In this document: piece by piece, positions 13,586-22,359 of the stretch
Layout of the letters: the number at the start of each line of letters is the position of its first letter
Numbering within the stretch: the first letter of the stretch is position 1
DNA from: Octopus bimaculoides
Lineage: Eukaryota
Length of the DNA stretch: 37,687 nt
Reading direction: 5' to 3'
NCBI RefSeq assembly: GCF_001194135.2
Contig: NC_068982.1
Coordinates: 115,404,688 to 115,442,374 of the forward strand
Notes under the pieces: generated by a model
Told to the model about the DNA's origin: nothing
What the model saw: only the letters and a program-made list of their open reading frames with translations
Databases searched by the model: none
Program-made: the position numbers and the translations under genes

Positions 13586-14299
13586 ACCTTCTCGTCGTCT
13601 GCATTAAATTCAAATCTTCGATGTTGGATATTTATATGCATCCTTACCTACCTATATACTTATATAAATATGTATTTGCATGTGCATACTAGATTAGAGG
13701 ATATTTAATTAAAGTTTGTTCTTAAAGGACATGTTGGACCATTTAGTCTGGTTTTGCTTGAAATGACTTTAATCAAAGGTCTGCTTTTTGAGGGTCTACC
13801 TAAGGTCATGGGTGTCACCTCTTCAGCTATGACTAAACAATGAAAAGAAAAAAATAAACAAATAAAAAGCAACTACATTACTCAGAATTCCTGAGTTTTG
13901 AACATTTTTTAATATTACAAACAGCAGCTATGATTTCTTTCAATTTCCCTTTTAATGCTGAAAAATTACAAATAGAAAGTATTTTCCACCAGAAGTACCT
14001 AATTACATAATTACTGAAATGATTTATTCTTGAATTTCATTGCTTAAATTGAATCAATTTTTGGCAGCATTACATTTAGCCAACATCTCTATCACCATCA
14101 CTCTTCTCTTTCTTTTTGTTTCCCTGTAACATTCCAACAATATTGTTTTTAGGTCAAAAATTAATATTGAAAATCTCATGAAGGATATAAAAATTGTTTC
14201 CTTCACTATGCGTATGTTTTAGATGTGCATACATGAGTGTGCAGAGAAAGGAAGAGAGAGAGAGAAAGAGAGAGGGTACAGAGAGAGAGAGAGAGAGAA

Positions 14300-14332
<33 letters not shown>

Positions 14333-14892
14333 AGTAGAAAGAGGAAGGAAGGGAAGGGAAGAGAGTTTGTATCAGTGTGTATGTATGTATCATTACCAAC
14401 TTCTATGTATATATATTCTATGTATGTATATCTATGCTTGTGTGTTAAACATATGTACATATCATCATCATCATCAGCAGCAGTAGCAGTATTATTTTTA
14501 TATCTATTTTTCCATGCTTGCATGGGTTGGATGAGATCTTTCTAACATAGCATCCTGTCACATCCTTCTTACATCCTCTTTATCCAATGGCCATGTCTCA
14601 CTACATTGCAGCATCACAATTTGGACATATGCATTCTACAATCTACCTTTCACTTGGAGAGGGCTCTAACCTAGTATGCACATGCATATACATATTTATA
14701 TAAGTAGGTAGGTATGCATATATGTAAATATGTGTTTGTGGATGTAAATAAGTCTATCTTGGCAATATCACTTTCAGTAACAGCAGCATCATTTTACTTG
14801 TTCTTCTGTTCTTCCACACTGAAATAAGTGGACTATTTTTACAGTCCACATTATCTTGCACACAAAGCAGCAGAGTAAAATCAATCAACACA

Positions 14893-15003
<111 letters not shown>

Positions 15004-15259
15004 TCTCTCTCTCTCTTTCACTCTCTCCCTTTCTCTGCACATTCATGTATGCATATCCAAAACATACAGAGTGGAACACTTAAGCATAGTGAAAGGACCA
15101 CCGCTTGTATTTTATTGTGCCTCCATCACTAGAGTACTGGCTGCCTCATTCAATAGGCATTAATAGAATATCTTGTACTCTACATCAGTTCCTATTCAAA
15201 GTAGCTGCTGTAGTGAGACACTTCCTAAACTGTTGACTAGTTTGTAATGAACTGAAAAT

Positions 15260-15520
15260 CTGTCAATCTTGGAGCTTCTTAAATTCAAATGGAACATCTG
15301 TAGGTAAGAGAGGAAATTTAGGAATCTCCAAGTTCTTCTTTGTGACTTGTGATTGTTGCGTGTAGGACATAGGGCTTCATGGAAGTAAGTTAAATGAGTT
15401 CCATTACACAGGCAAGGTGGGCCAAGATTCCTAAGCAACATAATGGGAGCATCCAGCTTTAGTGTCAAGTTATGCAGTGGCATCCCAGTGGGTTTAAGTG
15501 TAATGTAGCTTGTAGAGCCT
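15260..15520 (-). mobile_element. Helitron Rep/Hel (PIF1-like helicase) fragment
   Basis: GMPLHNLTLKLDAPIMLLRNLGPPCLCNGTHL and IPKFPLLPTDVPFEFKKLQ match the conserved C-terminal helicase motifs. Confidence 0.85.
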
Positions 15521-15554
15521 ACATCTTGTTTCTAAATTCTACTTTTGGCATATT

Positions 15555-15738
15555 TTCTCTAGCTGGATGCCATTCTAATCCCCAATAACTTCACAGTGCC
15601 ATGATAAAATGCATTCTGTACACTATGTGAAGTTATTGGGGATTAGAATGGCATCCAGCTAGAGAATTAGAATGGCATCCACCTTTTTTGGGTTAGTGCC
15701 ATGATAAAATGCATTCTGTACACTAACCCAGAAAAGGT
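15555..15738. repeat. Twin fold-back structure: 41-bp perfect inverted repeat and 18-bp inverted repeat enclosing the same 31-bp core
   Basis: Arms 15555-15595/15626-15666 and 15681-15698/15721-15738. Core agtgccatgataaaatgcattctgtacacta at 15595-15625 and 15695-15725. Confidence 0.9.
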
Positions 15739-15850
15739 TGTCCTATGTAATCAGAATTAGAGAGCCACCCTCAACTCTGTATCAGTTCTAATTGAAGCTA
15801 CTGGACTCTTAGTTTACACCACTTGCTACAATATTTCATCTCATATTCCA

Positions 15851-16070
15851 GTAAGGCGACAAGCTGACAGAATCATGAACACCCCAGGTGAAATGCTAAG
15901 GGGTATTTTATTTGTCTTCACATTCTGAGTTCAAATTCCACTAGGGTCAACTTTGCCTTTCATCCTTTCAGAGTCAATAAAATAAGTGCCAGTTGAGTAC
16001 TGGGATCAATATAATTAACTATTTCCCTCACCAAAATTTCAGGCCTTGTGCCTATAGTACAAAGGATTAT
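15851..16070 (+). mobile_element. tRNA-derived SINE with a Meta-like central domain
   Basis: B-box-like gagttcaaattcc followed by gcctttcatcctttcagagtcaataaaataagtgccagt. Confidence 0.7.
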
Positions 16071-17100
16071 ATCCTCCACTGCAACCCTATCGTGGCATTT
16101 TGTCTTGCTACATGCACTGGTCTTTTGCCGTGCAATCTTGATATAGCTCTTTATCTCAGCCTGTTACCTGGTATGCTTTTTTTGTCTTACTATGCACCAT
16201 ATTTTTTATCACACTACATTACACACCATGCAATTACTCTTTATTGGATCATGCTATACCACATCACACTACAACACATCACATTACATTATATCACACC
16301 ACCACTTACTACATCTCACTACATCAAACCTTACAACTACACTATTCTACAATGTTGTAGTTGATAATGTTGTATAGTGAGGCCAACCCTGATCAATCAA
16401 ACTTATGATGAAAGGCACACCAACTGTGACCTTCCTATAATTTTCCTATGCGCAGGGAACACAAGATCACATTATCCAACATGTCTATTTTGAAGAAGAT
16501 AGAGTGTGATTTGAGAGTATTTGGCTGCTGTTTCTAACAGGTGAAATGACTACATAGAGGCTTCCTTGCTGGCTCAACCACAATACTGTAATGCTATCAG
16601 GCATCTATATTTCATGTAATATTAAAATGTTTACAACAACACTACCAACAACAACAGCATCAAAATCAAATTTAAATATCTTTGTGAAGAGATAATGTCA
16701 TTATTTCAAAAGAGAATATATATATTTTTAAATATTATTAACCATATATACATTTAAGTACACACTATAAACAATGCTCTCCTTTCCTATGAACAAAAAT
16801 AAAATTATTACCCAAAGCATGAAATTAAATTCTTTTACTTGTAACATTATTGGAATGTAGCCATGCATTGTAGGCTTTATAATGTAAAGCCTACATTAGG
16901 GTTTAGTCAAACACTTTTTAAGTGTAGTACTTATTCTATTGGTTCTTTTGCCAAACTGCTAAGTTACAGGGATGTAAACAAATCAAAACTGGTTGTCTGG
17001 TGGTGACAAGCACAAATGCGATGACATGCACATATATGTAATACATATGCATATACATATACGTACATGTATAAACATGCATGTGTGTATGTGTGTGTAT

Positions 17101-18563
17101 ATCATCAACATCATCATTGTTTAACGTCCACTTTCCATGGGTTGGACGATTTGACTGAGGACTGGCGAACCAGATGGCTGCACCAGGCTCCAATCTGATC
17201 TGGCAGAGTTTCTACAGCTGGATGCCCTTCCTAACGCCAACCACTTTGCGAGTGTAGTGGGTGCTTTTACGTGCCACCAGTACAAGGGCCAGTCAGGCAG
17301 TACTGGCAACAGCCATGCTCTGGCAATGATCATGCTGGGACGGTGCTGTTAGCACTCCACTGGCACAAGTGCCAGTCATCGAATTTGGTTCAATTATGAT
17401 TTCGATTTCACTTGCCCCAACAGGTCTTCGCAAGCAGAGTTTAGAGTCCAATGAAGGAAAGGTACACACAAGTGGACTGGCTACACCCCTGACAAAAGCC
17501 ACGGATTATGGTCTCACTTGGCTTGCCGGGTCTTCTCACGCACAGCATATTTCCAAAGGTCTTGGTCACTAGTCATTGCCTCGGTGAGGCCTAATGTTCA
17601 AAGGCTTCATGTTCACTACCTCATCCAAAGGTCTTGGTCACTAGTCATTGCCTCAGTGAGGCCTAATGTTCAAAGGCCTCATGTTCACTACCTCATCCCA
17701 GGTTCCTTCAACTGCTAGGGTGTGGCACTTTTTCACACAGCTATCCTCATCCATTCTCGCCACATGACCATACCAGCGCAGTCGTCTCTCTTGCACACCA
17801 CAACTGATGCTTCTTAGGTTCAACTTTCTCTCAAGGTACTTACACTCTGTCGAGTACGCACACTGACATTACACATCCATCGGAGCATACTGGCTTCATT
17901 TCTTTCGAGCTTACGCATGTCCTCAGCAGTCACGGCCCATGTTTCACTGCCATGAAGCATGGCTGTTTGTACACATGCGTCATAGTCTGCCTTTTACTCT
18001 GAGCGAGAGGCCCTTTGTCACCAGCAGAGGTAAGAGCTCTCTGAACTTTGCCCAGGCTATTCTTATTCTAGCAGCTACACTTTCAGCGCACCCTCTCCCG
18101 CTACTGACATGGTCACCTACGTAATGGAGCTTTCCCTGTCTTCATAATTGCTTTATCTATCATGGTACTGTCAACTCGGATAGCTGGTCCCTCTGTTGGG
18201 TTGACATTCAGCAAACTCTTTCTCCCATTCATTCTCTTTATTGAGCAACTTTTCATAGTGGCGTCTCCAAACCTCTCTCTTTGCAGCCACGTTCAGTGCA
18301 AGTGAACCATCATCCATGCGGACACATTTCTCTCCTACGACATCACAATTCTCTCTCACACACAATCTTGCAACATGAAATACCTCAAGTCTTTGATCCT
18401 CACAGTGCAGAACAATTGGCAACTTTTTTCTCATCTGCTTCCTCTCTGGCTAAATAAACCTGTCTCCTAGCTTCCCTTCTGGCAGTCTGATACAATTCCC
18501 TGCTACCGCTGTTCTTCCAGTCCTTCCAAGCCTGTTTCTTTTCTCTAATAGCCCTGTCAACAG
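17101..18563 (-). mobile_element. Relatively young RTE LINE, 5'-truncated and internally deleted, with a ~74-bp tandem duplication at about 17552-17698
   Basis: VDRAIREKKQAWKDWK, EVWRRHYEKLLNKENEW, AARIRIAWAKFRELLPLL and RRLRWYGHV. The RT core is missing at a jump near 18140. Full 3' UTR, CpGs retained. Confidence 0.9.
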
Positions 18564-18564
18564 C

Positions 18565-19369
18565 ACAGTATTGGCAGCGGCCGATGATGCGGTGATGTTG
18601 GCGGCAGCTGCGGAGATGTTTGTGGAGGTGGTATCGGCAGTCGCAGCTGTGGTGATGTTCGTAGTGGTGGTGGCAGCAGTTGTGACGTTGCCGATGGTTG
18701 CGGTGGTGGCAGCGGCGGCAGCACAGGTGGTCGTGGTGGTGANNNNNNNNNNNNNNNNNNNNNNNNNNNNNNNNNNNNNNNNNNNNNNNNNNNNNNNNNN
18801 NNNNNNNNNNNNNNNNNNNNNNNNNNNNNNNNNNNNNNNNNNNNNNNNNNNNNNNNNNNNNNNNNNNNNNNNNNNNNNNNNNNNNNNNNNNNNNNNNNNN
18901 NNNNNNNNNNNNNNNNNNNNNNNNNNNNNNNNNNNNNNNNNNNNNNNNNNNNNNNNNNNNNNNNNNNNNNNNNNNNNNNNNNNNNNNNNNNNNNNNNNNN
19001 NNNNNNNNNNNNNNNNNNNNNNNNNNNNNNNNNNNNNNNNNNNNNNNNNNNNNNNNNGGCGGCAGCGGCGGTTGCGGAGATGATCCCGGTGGTGGTGGCG
19101 GTGGCGGCGGTGGCGGAGATGATCCTGGCGGCGGCAGCGGCGGTTGCGGAGATGATCCTGGTGGTGGTGGTGATGGCGTCGGCGGTGGCTGCGGAGATTA
19201 TCGTAGTAGTGATGGTGGTGGTGGTTTTGATGGTGTTTGGTGGCGACTGTTGGAAAAGGACTTGAAAATTCACAGAATTTGGTCTCATGTGCGTGCAGAA
19301 AAATATTTAACATCCGAGGATATTCATCCTGATACGGTTACATTAGAGGACGACACTCCAATTCGCTGA
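18565..19369. other. GC-rich 3-periodic repeat with long open frames on both strands (Gly/Cys/Asp-rich on +; His/Arg/Cys-rich or Thr/Ala-rich on -), interrupted by a 315-N gap
   Basis: + frame 19058-19369: GGSGGCGDDPGG...WWRLLEKDLKIHRIWSHVRAEKYLTSEDIHPDTVTLEDDTPIR*. - frame from ATG 19313: ...HHQDHLRNRRCRRQDHLRHRRH.... Coding status is unresolved. Confidence 0.4.
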
Positions 19370-19470
19370 CTTCCATCATTATTGATTTGGGATGGCATCG
19401 GCATGTCAAAACCATACATTCGCGAGCAAATTAAATATTTGTTAGCTAACAAACCAAGATTTGCTAGAAA

Positions 19471-19843
19471 TTAGAGGCAAAACATTGTTTTAAACAGACA
19501 TTTATTAAAATTCGAGATCGAAAGTTTGGAATACACTATGATTTAATAAAATGAATTAAATTTCTCGTATCTCCTTCTCCACATATTTACGAGTCTATAA
19601 TATAAGAGTCAACCATGCACAGGTACGTTCAATTTGTTGAATGTGAGTCCCATCTGTTATGAAAACAATTATAGAATAGAGGCAAAACATTGTTTTAAAC
19701 AGACATTTATTAAAATTCGAGATCGAAAGTTTGGAATAAACTGTATGATTTAATAAAATAAATTAAATTTCTCGTATCTCTTTCTCCACATATTTGTGAG
19801 TCTATAATATAAGAGTCAATCATGCCCAGGTACGTTCAATTAT
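19471..19843. repeat. Tandem duplication, period about 205 bp, with AATAAA on both strands in each copy
   Basis: agaggcaaaacattgttttaaacagacatttattaaaattcgagatcg...caggtacgttcaatt occurs twice. Confidence 0.9.
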
Positions 19844-19888
19844 AGAACAAGGTGGCTATACTCCTTGTGTACATGCACAGCGTCTTTG

Positions 19889-19962
19889 GTTACTATGGAA
19901 ACAATTCTTCACAATCAGCTTTGGAACACGTTGAGTTTCTTTGCTTTGGTTACTATAGAAAC
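19889..19962. promoter_or_regulatory. Two RFX X-box matches exactly 60 bp apart
   Basis: GTTACTATGGAAAC (19889-19902) and GTTACTATAGAAAC (19949-19962) both fit GTHNYY-AT-RRNAAC. Confidence 0.45.
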
Positions 19963-20259
19963 AGACTTCTTCGCCACGGTGATGTCTATTCTGATTTTTT
20001 GCAAATTTTAAAGGCTAACTTTATAAAATTTGATTTATAGGGAAAACAATTGGAACAATATTGTAAACAGACGAAAACCACAAAGATCCCTCCAATAACC
20101 ATATTTGTTCAATAATATCTTGTCGGTTTAAGTGTGTGAGAGAGAGAGAAATTGTGTGTATGAGATTGAAAGAGGGGCGTGAGAGAGTTAATGCTTATGT
20201 ATGTATATAAGAGAGTGGGGAGACTTTCAAATGGTGAGCCTAGATGATGACCATTTTAG

Positions 20260-20545
20260 AGAGTGAGAGGGAAGGAGAGAGAAGGAGCGCGAGGAAGACA
20301 AACGAATGAAGAGAGAGGGGTGAAAGAGAGAGAGAGAGGGGGGGAAGAAAGAAAGAGAGGAAGAAAAGATGAATGAAGAAGAGAAGAGAGAGAGGGAGAA
20401 AGAAAGAGGGAGAGAGAAAGGAGACTGGGGTCAGAACTTTGAGGGAGAGGGAGGGAAGAAAGAAAGAGGAACAAAAAAAAAAGACGGATGAAGAGAAGAG
20501 AGGGAGGGAGAAAGAAAGAGGGAGAGAGAAAGAGAAAGAGAGGGA
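20260..20545. repeat. Degenerate GA-rich polypurine tract
   Basis: Direct. Confidence 0.85.
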
Positions 20546-20659
20546 GACAAGTCAAAACTTTCTTGATTCTAAGCCAGGATTCGAAACTGAATCTTGCATT
20601 TTTCTTACCAGTTCCTATTGTTCCGACTTTTGCAGAACTTGTGGCTATGTCGAGAGAGC

Positions 20660-20977
20660 TGGTTCCTCCTGATGATGTCTTGAGCTAACTGGATCCTAAT
20701 CCACCAAGGGAAGGTATGTCAGAAGAAAGTAATTCAACAACGCGGGTTGATGAACCATAAGACGTGTGGCCAGAACCTCCTGAAAAATAACCATAGCGAG
20801 GGACATTCCACAGTTGAATTAAAACAGTCACAAACAGTGAAAGAAGACATGCACCCAACACCAGAGCTGAAGACACCTCCGAAAGGGGGTGGCCCCGCCA
20901 CGTCAAAACGGTAGAGGAGTAGGGGCCGAAACCGGACGTGGTTCCTCCTGATGATGTCTTGAGCTAACTGGATCCTA
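20660..20977. repeat. 39-bp perfect direct repeat, copies 279 bp apart
   Basis: tggttcctcctgatgatgtcttgagctaactggatccta at 20660-20698 and 20939-20977. Confidence 0.9.
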
Positions 20978-21116
20978 TAAAGTAGCTGTTGTGGTAGCAA
21001 ACCACGAAACATGGTTGAAATTCCTCCTTCCAAACTTTCTTAGCTGTTAAATCGGCTTAGTTTTTCATTGATGGGAATTATTTTCAACCTTTGATAGAAT
21101 TTTTAACTTTGCTTTC

Positions 21117-21314
21117 TGTTTTAAGCGAGCCATGGCAGTTCAGCCCGAACAATAAAGACAAAACAAATTTTCGGAAACATTTATTAATCGTCTTATATTC
21201 TTAATTCCAATTTTCAACTTTGTTTTAAGCGACCCATGCAGTTCAGCCCAAACAATAAAGACAAAACAAATTTTCGGAAACATTTTTATTAATCGTCTTA
21301 TATTCTTAATTCCA
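21117..21314 (-). terminator. Tandemly duplicated polyadenylation cassette of the protamine-like gene
   Basis: ~93-bp units at 21221-21314 and 21117-21209. On the minus strand each has AATAAA (21290-21285; 21185-21180) followed by a U/GU-rich tract (tttgttttgtctttattgtt). Confidence 0.65.
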
Positions 21315-21445
21315 CGTGCGGTAAGCAATAATGGCCAACTTAAGAAGCGAAAGTCCAAGAGATGTTAAGTGCCTCATTTTGTGAAGTCGCAAAAGCCAAC
21401 CGAGAACTATTTTTATAGAAATAGTTCAATTCACTTCTGTCGTCT

Positions 21446-21715
21446 TCATCGTCGCCTCCTTCGGCCGCCCCTCCTTCTCCTTCGTCCTCTCCTGCCTCTT
21501 CTTCTTGACCTTCGGGATCGTCGTCGTCGTCGTCCACCAATGGAATACACTCGTCTACGTCTTAATCTGCCTCCGTTTAAACTACCATAACTTCTCACAC
21601 TGGATACACTGCGCTCTCGTCTTCCGCCACCGACCAGCAGACTCTGCCGGCTCATAGATGGGCGGCGTATTGCTCTACGCGTTCTCGAACGCGATACGTT
21701 TTCTTTAACAATCAT
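21446..21715 (-). CDS. Intronless arginine-rich protamine-precursor-like protein (sperm nuclear basic protein), 89 aa
   Basis: MIVKENVSRSRTRRAIRRPSMSRQSLLVGGGRRERSVSSVRSYGSLNGGRLRRRRVYSIGGRRRRRSRRSRRRGRRGRRRRRGGRRRRR*. 38/89 residues are Arg and 22 of the last 28 are Arg. Mixed CGN/AGR codons, so not a simple repeat. ATG has A at -3. TATA upstream and AATAAA about 155 nt after the stop. The ORF track's GTG start at 21733 is not a eukaryotic start. Confidence 0.8.
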   Translation of the reverse strand: MIVKENVSRSRTRRAIRRPSMSRQSLLVGGGRRERSVSSVRSYGSLNGGRLRRRRVYSIGGRRRRRSRRSRRRGRRGRRRRRGGRRRRR

Positions 21716-21816
21716 CCTTGTGTCTGTCGTCACTCAAGGCTTCCGAAAGTGTCTCACCCCTCTCTCTCTCTCTATTGCAGCGAAAGTTAGAGCAAGATTT
21801 AAAATCGGTACAACTA

Positions 21817-21915
21817 TGAACTAACTCGACGAACGTCGTGTTTTATATAAGGTAGGTGTACCACGTGATCAGCCAGATCAAAGATATTATTGGTTGAAAA
21901 GAACGGTCACGTGAC
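21817..21915 (-). promoter_or_regulatory. Pol II promoter of the protamine-like gene
   Basis: Minus strand: TATATAAAA starting at 21849; Inr-like TTAGTT/TCATAG about 27-32 nt downstream (21822/21817); CACGTG at 21862-21867; CCAAT at 21893-21889; palindromic GTCACGTGAC at 21906-21915. Confidence 0.65.
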
Positions 21916-22027
21916 AGGAATGGTACATTGATATTCCCATTTCCAGACATACAGACACACGTTCGTGCGCGTTTTCGCATTCGTATTCACACACATGCAC
22001 ACGCTCACACACGCACACATGCACACG

Positions 22028-22029
<2 letters not shown>

Positions 22030-22088
<59 letters not shown>
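22030..22088. repeat. (CA)n microsatellite upstream of the promoter
   Basis: Direct. Confidence 0.95.
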
Positions 22089-22091
<3 letters not shown>

Positions 22092-22359
22092 GAGTTCGTT
22101 GAAAGTTCCAGCGTTCCAAGTTCTCACGCAATTCTTTATGACATCATTGAAATTACGCTCACCGCCAAAGTTTTGAAAGGAAAGCAAATTCAATTTCGAA
22201 AAAAAAAAAAAATATTGGGAATACGTTTGTGGACAGACATGATTAGATGCATTCACTTTGTCCGTAGTAGCTACTTAAATTATGTTTGGTGGTCGGTAAA
22301 GAAGCAAACACGCACGCACGCACGCACGCACACATGCACGCACACACGTACGTACGTAT

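Noticed and set aside
14828-14849. 7-bp hairpin GTGGACT/AGTCCAC as a Helitron 3' end
   Set aside because: No CTRR terminus follows, and a stem this short is expected by chance.
21340-21540. Acidic 66-aa ORF as the primary gene
   Set aside because: TTG start, no acceptor, upstream stop. The promoter and ATG fit the Arg-rich frame.
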